Notes: generated by a model not told the origin, from the sequence alone. A DNA stretch of 64,000 bases from an uncultured Candidatus Saccharibacteria bacterium (GCA_964394435.1 CAYMXN010000001.1:235928-299927); one strand, 5' to 3'; positions 27,224-38,268 are shown, numbered from the stretch's first letter. Translations and numbers: made by a program.

Positions 27224-28679
27224 ATCACTTCTTTTTACCAACACGACCGCCGGACAAACGATTGTTAAGAATACGTTTTGGTTAATGACGGGCGAGATCG
27301 TCGGACGCTTAATTCGCGCCGGCATCGTTATTTACTCTGCGCGCGTCTTAGGTGCCGGTGAGTATGGAATTTTTTCCTATGCGATATCGGTAGCCGCATT
27401 TATTACTGTCTTTTCTGACATCGGACTCTCGGCCGTACTCACCCGCGAAACATCAAAAAGTCCCGAACTACGCAGTAAGTATCTTGCTAATTCATTTTTT
27501 CTTAAAGTAATCCTTATTAGCCTGAATATTCTTTTTGTACTCTTTGTTGTCCCGTTTATCTCTAAACTCGGTGGCGTTAATCAGCTCCTTCCGCTGGTCG
27601 CTGTGATGATTATTTTTGAAAGCCTACGCGAATTTGGCTTTGGTTTTAATCGTGCACTGGAAAAAATGGAGCGTGAGGCGTATGTGAAAGTAATTCTCAA
27701 TCTCTCCATAGCCGCCCTAGGCTTTATCGCGATTTTTACTCACCCAAACGCCTACACACTGCTTATCGCATATGTACTTGGCGCCCTTATTGGATTTTTA
27801 GCCACCGTATGGTTTTTGCGCGCTCACCTGCGTGAACTTTTTGGTGCGATTGATTTTTCGTTTGCGTGGCACATATTCAAAAACGCCTGGCCGGTCGGAC
27901 TCCTCACTGTCTTAGGTGCGGTAATGATCAATACCGATATGATTATGCTTGGCTGGTGGCTTGATAAAAATCCAGTCGGGTATTACGCTGCTGCACAGAA
28001 AATTATCTTACTACTCTACATTATTCCAACACTGCTTTCCTCGGCAGCATTTCCGGCATTTGCCCGTCTTGCGCACAGCTTAAATCATGAGCGCTTCCGC
28101 GCCATCCTTGAGCGAACGATCGCCTTCGCCTTTTTAATCGGCATTCCGCTCGCTTTTGGCGGACTCATCTTGGCGCGGGAAACAATTGCGCTTCTCTATG
28201 GCACCGAATATCTCCCGGCCGCAACGACATTTCGCATTCTGATGGCAACGATGTTTGTCGTTTTCCCAAGCACGATTATTACTAACGCACTTTTTGCTTA
28301 CAATCAGCAAAAACGTTTTATTTGGTACGTTGGTCTTGGTGCGCTCTCAAACGCGTTTTTTAACTATCTCTTTATTCCACGCTACGGCATCGAGGGAGCG
28401 GCGGTTGCTACGCTTAGCTCTCAAATTCTTTCTAACTTTTTGATTTGGCGAGCGATGAAAAAAGTAAACTACTTCGTGATTATTCCGCGCCTCACGCGTA
28501 TCTGTATTGCCGCCCTACTTATGTCCTTGTATGCGTATGGCGCGAATCAACTCGGGGTTTCTGCCCTTACTATTATCCCTACAAGCATCGCCCTCTATGG
28601 TGTTTTGATCGTTTTATTTAAAGAACCACTGCTTCGCCAGGCGAAGCAGGCTGTTTCAGTAGACGAGTTAAAGGGCTAA
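27207..28679 (+). CDS. Oligosaccharide flippase (Wzx/MOP family)
   Basis: 490 aa, about 12-14 TM helices; overlaps the upstream gene by 17 nt. Confidence 0.75.
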   Translation: MLKKIKSLLFTNTTAGQTIVKNTFWLMTGEIVGRLIRAGIVIYSARVLGAGEYGIFSYAISVAAFITVFSDIGLSAVLTRETSKSPELRSKYLANSFFLKVILISLNILFVLFVVPFISKLGGVNQLLPLVAVMIIFESLREFGFGFNRALEKMEREAYVKVILNLSIAALGFIAIFTHPNAYTLLIAYVLGALIGFLATVWFLRAHLRELFGAIDFSFAWHIFKNAWPVGLLTVLGAVMINTDMIMLGWWLDKNPVGYYAAAQKIILLLYIIPTLLSSAAFPAFARLAHSLNHERFRAILERTIAFAFLIGIPLAFGGLILARETIALLYGTEYLPAATTFRILMATMFVVFPSTIITNALFAYNQQKRFIWYVGLGALSNAFFNYLFIPRYGIEGAAVATLSSQILSNFLIWRAMKKVNYFVIIPRLTRICIAALLMSLYAYGANQLGVSALTIIPTSIALYGVLIVLFKEPLLRQAKQAVSVDELKG

Positions 28680-28716
28680 CTCCTCCTTGCTTTTTTATTC
28701 CTGCCCGTTCGCTCTA

Positions 28717-29538
28717 TTACTTTTTATATCTCCGAAAAACTGCGAGACGCAGCTTATCTGAAATGAGCGATCCAAACGCCGAGTATGCGAGGTACCGCAT
28801 CCAGGCTTTCAGTTTTGAGATACGATAGCGCGGATACAATCCTTTATAGCGACTTATAATCGCAATCGCTTGGCGAAGCTGGGCGCGTTTATTACTCCAA
28901 CTGATTGAGCCGCTACGCAAGGTAAACCCCAGGGCGTAATCAGGCAGGTTGGCAAGTTTACCCATTGTGCCGAGCTTGAGCCAAAGATCATAGTCTTCAA
29001 CACGATGCGTAAGGGGGAGTTCGCTATACCCTCCCGCCGCTACTGCTGCTAGGCGACGGAAAACAACGCTCGCGTGCGCGAAACAATTGCGATATAAGAT
29101 ACGGCTACGAATCTGCCCATCTGTTTGTGGATTTTGATACCTAAAAAGCTCTTTACTGTTTTCATCAACTACCATTACCGCAGTACCAACCAGCACGTGA
29201 TCTGGATTACTTTCGAGAAACTCTATTTGATTTTTAAGCTTATTAACATCTGTCCAAAAATCATCATCATCAATACGAGCGATAAACTCACCAGTCGCCT
29301 CTTTAAGTCCGTGATTAAGCGTTTTTTGGATACCAAGATTGTGCGGATTACGTAGTGGGCGGACGCGCTTATCAAGCTGCGCGTACTTTTGAATTAAAAG
29401 CGGCGTTTTATCGGTCGAACAGTCATCGATGATGATTAACTCAAAATCACGATAGCTCTGTACGAGCACGCTTTTAATTGCACGCTCGATAAAGCGTTCG
29501 CCATTGTAGACCGGCAGCAAAATTGAGACACGTGTCAT
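28717..29538 (-). CDS. Glycosyltransferase family 2
   Basis: SILLPVYNGERF, IIIDDCSTD and ARIDDDDFW motifs. Confidence 0.85.
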   Translation of the reverse strand: MTRVSILLPVYNGERFIERAIKSVLVQSYRDFELIIIDDCSTDKTPLLIQKYAQLDKRVRPLRNPHNLGIQKTLNHGLKEATGEFIARIDDDDFWTDVNKLKNQIEFLESNPDHVLVGTAVMVVDENSKELFRYQNPQTDGQIRSRILYRNCFAHASVVFRRLAAVAAGGYSELPLTHRVEDYDLWLKLGTMGKLANLPDYALGFTLRSGSISWSNKRAQLRQAIAIISRYKGLYPRYRISKLKAWMRYLAYSAFGSLISDKLRLAVFRRYKK

Positions 29539-29540
29539 GA

Positions 29541-30614
29541 TTATTTATTTTCAACCCCCATCACCTTAAAGATGTGATCAAACCGATTAGCGTACGTATG
29601 CTCGCGAACGGTGCGCTCATATCCAGCTTTACGAATCGCCTCGCGTTCCTCGTCATGTGCGAGATAATACTTCGCCTTCTCGATTAAGTCGGCGGTGTCG
29701 GTAAAAAGAATAATTTCCTTGCCAGGCACGAAATACTCCTCAACATTATCAGCGCGGTCGGTCATAAGTAGTGCGCCAGAACCAGGAACTTCAAAGTTTC
29801 TCGTTTTGATTTGGTACGTATTGAGCCGGTCGATGTATGCGCGCAGTTGATCAAGCCAGGTACCAATTGGATTCATATGATACTTACCCGCGCTATCTTT
29901 ATTGATAAAGATACGAGCGATACCTTTCAAGTTGAATGCTCCGGAACTACGGGCAAAATTTAGATTTATTTTACTCGCGCAAAACGCTTTAATCATCGCC
30001 TCGCCAAAAATACGGCCGTTTGGCCACCCTGGGCCAAAACACTCTACCTTAACTCCTGCATCTTTCAGTGCTTGAATAATCTCCGGGCGCTTACCATATG
30101 GCTGGCCGATAAATGAGACGTCGTACTGATATGGGACATCGTAACGCTTATAGAGCGACGGACTGCACGCCCACTGCGTTTTAATCACATTGGTTAAGCC
30201 GGCTTTTTTATAGCGAGGAAGCGAGCCATTATCGGTTGTCGATACCCAGTGAAACAGCGGTGCGTAGTGCTTACTGAAGTTATGAAATCTCCAGTGATCG
30301 TCGCAATACCAGTTATAGGTTATCGCGCCAGATTTTTCTTTAATCTCCTTCAGCGTTTCTTTGTTAATTTCGTCGTTAAACAACACAAAGAAGCAGAGGT
30401 CTGGCTTTTGCTCATATACTGTTTTTAATAAGCGAGCGTTCATCTGCTCTTTACCCACTTCATGCATCACCTCATCAAACGGGAAGTAGATAACCTTATG
30501 CTTACCACCCTGATACGCAACCAATGACTCGTAAAAGTTGTAATGCTCGAGACTATAGCCCCCGCGCTTCGGATCGCCATAATCGTACTTCATTGCGACA
30601 TACAGGATTTTCAT
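29541..30614 (-). CDS. CgeB/DUF3880-like glycosyltransferase-fold protein
   Basis: MKILYVAMKYDYGDP start; C-terminal region resembles the CgeB-type glycosyltransferase family. Tentative. Confidence 0.5.
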   Translation of the reverse strand: MKILYVAMKYDYGDPKRGGYSLEHYNFYESLVAYQGGKHKVIYFPFDEVMHEVGKEQMNARLLKTVYEQKPDLCFFVLFNDEINKETLKEIKEKSGAITYNWYCDDHWRFHNFSKHYAPLFHWVSTTDNGSLPRYKKAGLTNVIKTQWACSPSLYKRYDVPYQYDVSFIGQPYGKRPEIIQALKDAGVKVECFGPGWPNGRIFGEAMIKAFCASKINLNFARSSGAFNLKGIARIFINKDSAGKYHMNPIGTWLDQLRAYIDRLNTYQIKTRNFEVPGSGALLMTDRADNVEEYFVPGKEIILFTDTADLIEKAKYYLAHDEEREAIRKAGYERTVREHTYANRFDHIFKVMGVENK

Positions 30615-30618
30615 ATGC

Positions 30619-31677
30619 TTATTTTTTAGTTGCGTTTGTGTGCTGGGCGATCATTTCGCGCAATGTGCGCTCGAGGTCGTATTCGTATTTCCAGTCCGGA
30701 TAGTGCTTTTGGAACTTAGATACATCAGAGATATACCAGATGTGGTCACCGCGACGGTTCTGATCAACATATTCATAATCAGCCTTTTTACCGCTAATCT
30801 TTTCAATCATCTCGATCGCCTCAATCATCGAACAGTTACTAAACCGACTGCCGCCCATATTGTATACCTCTCCTTTTCGCGGATTGAGATAGAAGTGATA
30901 GAACGCGTTAATTAAATCGTACGAGTGGATATTGTCGCGAACCTGCTTACCCTTATACCCAAAAATTTTATATTTTTTACCGCTTACTACGCATTTGACG
31001 AGATAGCTCAAGAATCCGTGCAGCTCTACGCCAGCGTGCGACGGACCAGTTAAGCAGCCACCGCGAAAAACCGCCGTCTTAAGTCCAAAATACTTCCCGT
31101 ACTCCTGCACGAGAATGTCTGCCGCAACCTTACTCGCACCAAACAAGCTATGAAGTGAGTCGTCGATACTCATCGTCTCATCAATACCTTTTTGATACGG
31201 GTGCTTCGGATCTATCTCCCAGCGCTTCTCGGTTTCGATAAGCGGAAGCGTATTTGGTTTATCTCCATATACCTTATTTGTCGAGGTAAAAATAAAGACT
31301 GCTTCAGGCGAGTAGAGCCTAAAGTGCTCGAGGATGTTCAGTGTACCGTTTGCGTTAACCGTAAAATCGGTAAGTGGCTCTTTTACAGCCCAGTCGTGCG
31401 ATGGCTGCGCTGCGGTGTGAATAATTAAATCAAACTTATGCTCCTTGAAGAGCTTAGTGAGCTCCTCTTGGTTGCGAATATCAAAATTATAGTGCTTAAA
31501 ATGCTGATGTTTATCTTTGAGTTGTTGATTGCGACTCTTCGTACTCCCATCTGGGCCGAAGAAGTAGCTACGCATATCGTTATCAATACCCACAACCTCA
31601 AAGCCCTTGTCGGCGAAAAAGCTGACGGCTTCTGAACCAATCAGCCCTCCCGAGCCTGTAATTAACACTTTTTTCAT
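30619..31677 (-). CDS. Extended SDR epimerase/dehydratase-like protein (catalytic Tyr position reads Phe)
   Basis: [10 protein letters not shown] Rossmann motif; the expected YxxxK reads FGASK. Confidence 0.7.
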   Translation of the reverse strand: MKKVLITGSGGLIGSEAVSFFADKGFEVVGIDNDMRSYFFGPDGSTKSRNQQLKDKHQHFKHYNFDIRNQEELTKLFKEHKFDLIIHTAAQPSHDWAVKEPLTDFTVNANGTLNILEHFRLYSPEAVFIFTSTNKVYGDKPNTLPLIETEKRWEIDPKHPYQKGIDETMSIDDSLHSLFGASKVAADILVQEYGKYFGLKTAVFRGGCLTGPSHAGVELHGFLSYLVKCVVSGKKYKIFGYKGKQVRDNIHSYDLINAFYHFYLNPRKGEVYNMGGSRFSNCSMIEAIEMIEKISGKKADYEYVDQNRRGDHIWYISDVSKFQKHYPDWKYEYDLERTLREMIAQHTNATKK

Positions 31678-31709
31678 AGCAATATTTTGTCTTAATTTCT
31701 AAATTTTGT

Positions 31710-32852
31710 CTACTTTTTGCTAACCAGCTCTCCCGCTAATTGCTCATACCTTTCGACGATGCGCTCCCATCGATGCTCCTGATCCCAAAGCTCGAATGCG
31801 CGCTGTGTAGAGCGATGTCTTAGTGCATCATCGTTAAGCAGTCGATCAGCTATATGCGCCATTTCTTCCGGCGTCTGTACGATAGAGAGATACTCTTTGT
31901 GATCAGCAACATTACCAACTGGTCGAGTGATAAATGACACCTTGCTGGCAAATGACTCATACATTACCAGTGGCGCACACTCAACTCGTGAGCCAAACAA
32001 AAATAAATCGGCGTTTTTATACGCAGAAATAACCTCGGCTCTATTTTTCCCAGAAATAATTTTAATGCGAGGATTTAGCAGGCTGGCTATCCAACACGGC
32101 AGATACCCTGTAATGATATGCGCGAGTTTTTTTACTCCCTTGCTGGTCGGCAGTTCACCGATGAGTGCGAGCGTGACATCTTTGTTACGCATTTTTTTAA
32201 TGGCCTTAATAACGAAGCGCTGGCCTTTCGCGGCGTAAAAATTCGCAACAGTTATGGCGAGGTATTTTGTTCGTATATGTGCTCGCTCTCTAAAGCGATA
32301 GAGATCGGATGGGATAAACTCGTCAGCAGAAGCACCATTTGGAATATATACCGCCTTCGCACCCACTCCGTGCTCGTCGCCAAATACCTTGTCCTGATAA
32401 CTCATCGACATATAGACGAGCGAGTCGTATTGCGCAAGATACGCCGGAAGTTGCGCAAAATATGCTTGATAGATCGGATTATGTAGTCCCGAGTACCCGC
32501 ACGGGATAAGCACTTTTTTTGCTTTGATTTTTGATAATACTGCGAACGCAAGATCGGTCGACCAGTTTTGCGCCGCATAATTAATCACCACATCAAAATC
32601 TCCTTGGAGATATTGATGATAACGTGCCTGCTCATCGCTTGCTCCTACGAACCCTTTGGCAAGATTTCCTCCAAGTTTAAAACTCTCAACTCGCACGCCA
32701 TTGAGTGCGGTGAAATTGCGCTCACTCGTGTACGATGTGGCGACCGAAACTTGATGTCCTTTTTTAAGAAGCCCTTCCGCGAGCTGCTTCACCACCTGCT
32801 CAACCCCACCTTTTCGTGGCTCATAAAACTCAACCGTAAAAAGTATTTTCAT
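31710..32852 (-). CDS. Glycosyltransferase family 4 (GT-B)
   Basis: 380 aa with N-terminal EPRKGGVEQVV; C-terminal FLFGSRVECAPLVMYES (EX7E-like). Confidence 0.75.
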   Translation of the reverse strand: MKILFTVEFYEPRKGGVEQVVKQLAEGLLKKGHQVSVATSYTSERNFTALNGVRVESFKLGGNLAKGFVGASDEQARYHQYLQGDFDVVINYAAQNWSTDLAFAVLSKIKAKKVLIPCGYSGLHNPIYQAYFAQLPAYLAQYDSLVYMSMSYQDKVFGDEHGVGAKAVYIPNGASADEFIPSDLYRFRERAHIRTKYLAITVANFYAAKGQRFVIKAIKKMRNKDVTLALIGELPTSKGVKKLAHIITGYLPCWIASLLNPRIKIISGKNRAEVISAYKNADLFLFGSRVECAPLVMYESFASKVSFITRPVGNVADHKEYLSIVQTPEEMAHIADRLLNDDALRHRSTQRAFELWDQEHRWERIVERYEQLAGELVSKK

Positions 32853-33646
32853 AAGCGAATTAACGTTCCGATTACGACCTTGGCAGCATTAACAACGTAT
32901 TTACGCATGAGCGTAAAGCGGTTATATCCAAATCGCCTGTTTTTCAAAAAATCAGCATACAGCCAACATAGGCGCTTATAGCTCTTTACTCGGCTTTTTG
33001 AAGTCTGCTCTGGGTGAATTCGGTAGCGCATCAAAGGCTCATTTATGGCCTTAAATTGGCCCGTAGGAGCGATTTTGAGCCATAAATGGTAATCCTCTAT
33101 AGCGAGTCCACGCCCCTCTTCGCTAAACATACCCGCACGCTCAATTGCCGACTTGCGCGCCACAACGGTCGAGGCGGGAATAAAGTTTTTTTGAATGAGT
33201 CTGTCGGCAACCGCACCAACCGATAGTTCACCGGTCATTTGCGAGTACAGCGCATACGTTTGCTGCGCGGTGCCGAAAAATTCTGCATCAGAATATACAA
33301 GATGTACGTTGATATCATCAAATAGCGGCATCTGCTTGGCGAGCTTTTCACTCTGCCAAAGATCGTCGGCATCTAATAACGCGATAAACTCACCTTGAGC
33401 AATTTTAATACCCGCATTACGCGCCGCGCCCGTGCCTTTATTTTTCTGATAGATATATGTAATCGTTTTTGCATCAATATACGACTGCAAAACTTCGCGC
33501 GTGGTATCAGTTGAACCATCGTCAATAACAATAATCTCGATTGGCTTGTATGTTTGCGCACGAACCGAATCAATCGCCTCGGCGATGTACTTTGCTGCGT
33601 TATAGCTAGGGATAATTACCGAGACGAGCTTGCTCATACTAGCCAA
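32849..33646 (-). CDS. Glycosyltransferase family 2
   Basis: VSVIIPSYNAAKY, IIVIDDGSTD and ALLDADDLW motifs. Confidence 0.85.
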   Translation of the reverse strand: MASMSKLVSVIIPSYNAAKYIAEAIDSVRAQTYKPIEIIVIDDGSTDTTREVLQSYIDAKTITYIYQKNKGTGAARNAGIKIAQGEFIALLDADDLWQSEKLAKQMPLFDDINVHLVYSDAEFFGTAQQTYALYSQMTGELSVGAVADRLIQKNFIPASTVVARKSAIERAGMFSEEGRGLAIEDYHLWLKIAPTGQFKAINEPLMRYRIHPEQTSKSRVKSYKRLCWLYADFLKNRRFGYNRFTLMRKYVVNAAKVVIGTLIRL

Positions 33647-34313
33647 AAATATCCTTAAGCCACACTTCGAGGATCTCCTCCTCTTTTCCTAATAACGAGA
33701 GCGAAAGAACTTCGCGCGCAACTGCGCGCTCGTCAATCGACTGCGCACCCTTATGTGCTTTCGCAATTACGTTGTGCAGTCGATGACTAACTCCCGGAAT
33801 AATCGAAGCCAACTTAGCTGCCCGATCAGGAACAAGCTTGCTCGTATACACGATTTTTGATTCTATGTTTGGATTTACAAAACCAAGTTTTTCAAACAGA
33901 TAGGCAAATTTTTCTTTTCCAAAAAAATCTTTATGGAGCGCCCAATCTGACTCCTGTGAGCCAAAAAGATGTCGGGCGATGCGAAACTTTTCAGCTAATG
34001 AGGCGCCAATAAAATCACGCGCGCCGGTTTCAAAGTCAGGTGTTTCGATAAACAGCAATCCGTTTGGCTTAAGCCAGCGACGCCACTGAAATAAGATCTT
34101 AAGCGCCTCTTGGCGAGTGAAGTGCTCAAACAAGTGATGCGTACGAATCTCGTCGACGGTATTATCCGCAAACTGAAGCGTCCGAATATCTTGATACACA
34201 TCCGCCTTCGCCTTCATAACCGTCTGCCCCTGCGGCGGTAAGTCGACGTTAGTATACCCTTCTAAATAATTCGCACCGCAGCCGAGATGTAATCTGATTG
34301 GTTTTGTTGTCAT
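33639..34313 (-). CDS. Class I SAM-dependent methyltransferase
   Basis: LHLGCGANYLEGYTNVD motif I; Methyltransf_11-like layout. Confidence 0.7.
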   Translation of the reverse strand: MTTKPIRLHLGCGANYLEGYTNVDLPPQGQTVMKAKADVYQDIRTLQFADNTVDEIRTHHLFEHFTRQEALKILFQWRRWLKPNGLLFIETPDFETGARDFIGASLAEKFRIARHLFGSQESDWALHKDFFGKEKFAYLFEKLGFVNPNIESKIVYTSKLVPDRAAKLASIIPGVSHRLHNVIAKAHKGAQSIDERAVAREVLSLSLLGKEEEILEVWLKDIFG

Positions 34314-34318
34314 ATGCG

Positions 34319-34939
34319 TTATTTCTTAATCATAATGATATTATTTCCAAGCTCAAAAGTAATTCGCATCGAGACTTTGCCACTCAATAACTTCACCTCA
34401 TCAATAGTCGGATATCCATTTTGACCGGTAAATAGATGAGCATCATCAACGAGCACGATACTTTCAGGGCCATACTTCCAATTAAGAATTGCTGAAATTT
34501 CTTTTCGAAGCGGAGAGTCTTCTGCTGCGCGCGCCGTGTCGCCACCCGAGTAATGACCATCAAGCCAAAATATAGCCGGCTGATTAAGCTGCGCTAAGAT
34601 CTTTGAGAGCTCGACGCCACTATCGCCATATACAATTGATATATTAGAGTCCTGCCTAAATCGATGCACCGCAGCCTCGTAATATGATTTGGCTAACTCA
34701 ATTGAATATAGATGAGTGAAGTTCGACTTGAGCGCGCTTATCGTGTCACCCATATACGTCCCTGTTTCAACGAAAACCTTTATATTGGATTGCTTAGCTA
34801 TGGTGCGAATACATTTTTGCTTAGCGATACTTGGCGCAAAATCAGCCTTGCCTTTTATGAGCCAGCCTACATATGAAAGTCGAGCGAGAACTATTCGCTT
34901 GAAATAGGAGAGGCCAAGTTTTTGCAATAGTTTTTTCAT
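34319..34939 (-). CDS. Putative methyltransferase-fold protein
   Basis: VFVETGTYMGDT resembles SAM motif I of TylF/cephalosporin-hydroxylase-like proteins. Tentative. Confidence 0.45.
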   Translation of the reverse strand: MKKLLQKLGLSYFKRIVLARLSYVGWLIKGKADFAPSIAKQKCIRTIAKQSNIKVFVETGTYMGDTISALKSNFTHLYSIELAKSYYEAAVHRFRQDSNISIVYGDSGVELSKILAQLNQPAIFWLDGHYSGGDTARAAEDSPLRKEISAILNWKYGPESIVLVDDAHLFTGQNGYPTIDEVKLLSGKVSMRITFELGNNIIMIKK

Positions 34940-34940
34940 A

Positions 34941-35867
34941 TTAGATCAATTTAAGATATTCTTCCGCGGCTTTGCGATCGGTAAAGTTTTGTAAGTGATA
35001 TGCGCGAGGGCGAAATGTATCAAGCTTTTTGAGAAAACTATCCAATTTTACACTCAACTCTTGCTCGTCCTTAAACTCAATACCAACTTCGTCACTTAAG
35101 TACGGGGCTGAACTTGCGCCCATCCACTCATAATCTCCCGCCTTAAACAATCGCCTGTCCCACACAAGCGTTGGCACGTCCATCATCCACGCCTCATGAA
35201 TCGCAATACCCTGACTCTCGGACTCACTCAAAAAGATAAGCGCTTTCGCCCGGTTCAATTCGCTTAGGTATGCGCGCCGACTATATGCTCCATATCGCAC
35301 AACCTTATATGGTAACCCCCTCTTTTGTAGTTCAGAAATAATATATTCAAATAATGCGGTCGGACATTTCTTCTGGTACACAATAAATGTACCGCGTTCA
35401 CTTGAAAGTTTGGTTATCGGCGCGGTTTCTACGCCGGCTGCCCAAATACTTAGCGCCTGCGCACGAGTTGGTGCGAGTGAGGCGAGCCAGTCTTTCGCCC
35501 AGCCTGATGGAGCGAGCAATGTATCAACTTGTTCGCTAAAAATAATCCCATTGTGCTCTTTGGGCATCGCGATATTAGGACCGGCGATTATTTTTTTAAT
35601 CTTACCTTCCTTTTTTGCCTGTATAGCCCAGCGCAACCCCTCTACCGAACTAAGAACACCAACAACTGCATCTTGCGGTACTCGCACCGGATTGTACTTA
35701 TACGAGACTCCCAGCTCGTTTAACCCGCGCAGAAGACTTTGCGCTACCGCACGTGGTCCGCGCGTTCTGCGACTTACCTGTTTGAGGCGTGATTTAATAT
35801 ACCCAACTAGACCTGGGCGCTCGGTAAGTAACACTAATGGCGTATTGTTAGATATTGATGTACTCAT
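34941..35867 (-). CDS. Putative GT-B glycosyltransferase-like protein
   Basis: Trimmed to MSTSISNN; C-terminal LIFLSESESQGIAIHEAWMMDVP resembles the GT1/GT4 EX7E region. Confidence 0.5.
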   Translation of the reverse strand: MSTSISNNTPLVLLTERPGLVGYIKSRLKQVSRRTRGPRAVAQSLLRGLNELGVSYKYNPVRVPQDAVVGVLSSVEGLRWAIQAKKEGKIKKIIAGPNIAMPKEHNGIIFSEQVDTLLAPSGWAKDWLASLAPTRAQALSIWAAGVETAPITKLSSERGTFIVYQKKCPTALFEYIISELQKRGLPYKVVRYGAYSRRAYLSELNRAKALIFLSESESQGIAIHEAWMMDVPTLVWDRRLFKAGDYEWMGASSAPYLSDEVGIEFKDEQELSVKLDSFLKKLDTFRPRAYHLQNFTDRKAAEEYLKLI

Positions 35868-36534
35868 TTTTAAACGCGTCGTGCCAGCGTAAACCAAGAT
35901 TCGCCAACGTCTTAAATGCCCATTTTTTCTTTTTTGCATACTGAAAGAGATCCGTCTCAAGACTCACCCTTGTTTCTGCTAACTGCTTCAGATTTGCCTG
36001 TTCACAATACTCACGTAGCGCCTCCACTGGACAACTAAATAAACCTGTCCAAAACTGCTTAAGCGTTTTTGAGAATATTCGCATAAACTTAACTTTGACG
36101 CTCGTTACTTTAAGATACGTTTCCGGCGCGGCCACGAATTGATCAAAAAATGATATATCGACCATCTCTTGCCGTGGCTCAAAATGAATGACGTATGTAT
36201 ATCCGCCCGCCGCTAAGCTAGGCAAGACCCCTCTCCACGCAGCGATTACCCCACACCCCTTATTTACCCGCCCATACTCGTTATCATAAAACGTTTTTTC
36301 ACCACACAGATTTGGCAAAGCTTTGATTGCGCTCATAAGCCGCTGATCATATTGCTTCTCGGGTTCGATCGTATTGTCTACCCAAAATACATCAAAGTCG
36401 TTTGGATACTTTTGTATAACCTCGGCAATTCTACTAAACCCGGCGCAGTATTGCCGGATGCGCTCATCATGATCTGCTGTACTACCGAGCGTTGTAATAA
36501 ATGCCGTTGGAAGAACAATCGCAGTTTTTTTCAT
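35848..36534 (-). CDS. Hypothetical protein in glycan operon
   Basis: 228 aa ORF, tightly packed in the operon; no family recognised. Confidence 0.55.
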   Translation of the reverse strand: MKKTAIVLPTAFITTLGSTADHDERIRQYCAGFSRIAEVIQKYPNDFDVFWVDNTIEPEKQYDQRLMSAIKALPNLCGEKTFYDNEYGRVNKGCGVIAAWRGVLPSLAAGGYTYVIHFEPRQEMVDISFFDQFVAAPETYLKVTSVKVKFMRIFSKTLKQFWTGLFSCPVEALREYCEQANLKQLAETRVSLETDLFQYAKKKKWAFKTLANLGLRWHDAFKNEYINI

Positions 36535-36537
36535 ATC

Positions 36538-37671
36538 TTACCAGCCTTTTTTAATTGAATCGACAATATACTGACGCTGCTTTGGAGTGAGCCACCAACC
36601 AACTGGAATACAGATAATTTTCTGACTAAGCTCATCAAGCTGGGGCAGCGGGCGCTTGTATGCCGCAACACAACTGTGTTTATCGTTTCGCTCATGTACG
36701 CGACTTACCATAATTCCCCGCTCTTTCATCGCTCTCATAAAATCTTCGCGGCGGTCGACTTTGAGCGTGTAGATCCAGTACGCACTCTTATACCCAGCCT
36801 TGAGCGGCATAAGCTCAACACCTGCAACCCCTTTTAAAGCTTTGTTATAAAACGCAGCATTTGCCTGATGCTTTTTAAGGGTAGTGTTTACATATTTTAA
36901 TTGCTCAATGCCAATCGTCGCATTAACATCGTTCATATGCATCTTGTACCCCCACTCTGGAATATCGTTCTCTACTCGGAAATCGCTACTTCCCTTGCGC
37001 TCCTCGCGATCAATTCCGTACCAACGCAAAAGCTTTCCACGCTTATATGCTTGCTCATCCTTTGCGATTAACAATCCCCCATCGACGGTAGTCATATGCT
37101 TAATCGCTTGAAGACTAAATGCACCAAAATCACCAACTGTTCCGAGCGGCTTACCTTTGTAGGTAGCGCCAAACGCGTGCGCACAATCTTCAATTACTTT
37201 TAAGTTATGCTTTTGTGCAATCGCATTAATCTCATCCATGTCACATGGAGTGCCGCCCCAGTGCACGACCATAATTGCTTTTGTTTTAGGCGTGATACGG
37301 GCCTCGATAGTCCGCCAATCTATATTTGCCGTTTCTTGATCAACATCCGCCCAAACTGGAACGCCTCCTGCGGCCAAAATGGCCCAATTGGTCGCCGTAC
37401 AAGTTAGCGCTGTTGTGATTACCTCGTCTCCGCGACCAGGCTCGATACCCGAAAGCTTTACTGCGAGTTGCAAGGCAGATGTTCCGCTGTTTACCGTCAA
37501 TACATGCTTTGTTTTTAAGCGTTTACGCAAAAGACCCTCAAACTCTTCAACGCGCGGACCCTGCGTAATATATCCACTTAGTAATGTTTTTTTCAGCGGC
37601 GCCATTACGCTCGCGGGCATATATACCTTAAACAGAGGAATAAGTGGCTTTGCGTTTTCTTTTTTAGGCAT
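36538..37671 (-). CDS. DegT/DnrJ/EryC1/StrS family sugar aminotransferase
   Basis: 377 aa with NSGTSALQLA and FSLQAIKHMTTVDGG (PLP lysine) motifs. Confidence 0.85.
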   Translation of the reverse strand: MPKKENAKPLIPLFKVYMPASVMAPLKKTLLSGYITQGPRVEEFEGLLRKRLKTKHVLTVNSGTSALQLAVKLSGIEPGRGDEVITTALTCTATNWAILAAGGVPVWADVDQETANIDWRTIEARITPKTKAIMVVHWGGTPCDMDEINAIAQKHNLKVIEDCAHAFGATYKGKPLGTVGDFGAFSLQAIKHMTTVDGGLLIAKDEQAYKRGKLLRWYGIDREERKGSSDFRVENDIPEWGYKMHMNDVNATIGIEQLKYVNTTLKKHQANAAFYNKALKGVAGVELMPLKAGYKSAYWIYTLKVDRREDFMRAMKERGIMVSRVHERNDKHSCVAAYKRPLPQLDELSQKIICIPVGWWLTPKQRQYIVDSIKKGW

Positions 37672-37674
37672 AGC

Positions 37675-38262
37675 TTAGTGTTTTCGAATTAACGTAATGG
37701 AAGGAAATGGCGCAACAGTAAAATACTCGATATCTCCGCGCTGTTTCGCAAATTGCTTTAACCAGTCAGCAATCGGCTGTTTCTTAAACTTAACCATCCA
37801 CTCAACCTTATCGCGCTCTGGCGAGCCTCCTTCGATAATAATGCACTGCCGAACCTTATCGATCCATTTGGGAATAATCTCCTCGAGAATCTCTCCCTTG
37901 TTACTTACATCGACGTGCAGTATATCAACCATGTCGTGTTCTTGGTCGACTCCAACCGCATCACGCAATGTTAGTTGAACGACATCTTTTACTTCTTTTA
38001 GGTTTTCAGCAGCTACGGCTTGCGAGCACGAGCTAAACTCGTACTTCTCCCAGAGGTCGTAGCAAAATAACTTCCCTTTTTTGTTGTCAGTTAGTCCACG
38101 TGCGATATGATACGCGCTGTACCCATCTTTTGTACCAAGCTCTACTACTTTTTCTGGTTGGTAGGTTTTGATAAGTGCGTAAAATAACTCGCCGTATGCG
38201 TGCTCCTCGTATGATGAGTGCCATTTTGATTGGCCCATTTTATCTTTCCATTGTTCAGGCAT
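37675..38262 (-). CDS. Class I SAM-dependent (O-)methyltransferase
   Basis: VVELGTKDGYSAYHIA motif I. Confidence 0.65.
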   Translation of the reverse strand: MPEQWKDKMGQSKWHSSYEEHAYGELFYALIKTYQPEKVVELGTKDGYSAYHIARGLTDNKKGKLFCYDLWEKYEFSSCSQAVAAENLKEVKDVVQLTLRDAVGVDQEHDMVDILHVDVSNKGEILEEIIPKWIDKVRQCIIIEGGSPERDKVEWMVKFKKQPIADWLKQFAKQRGDIEYFTVAPFPSITLIRKH

Positions 38263-38268
38263 ATAGTT

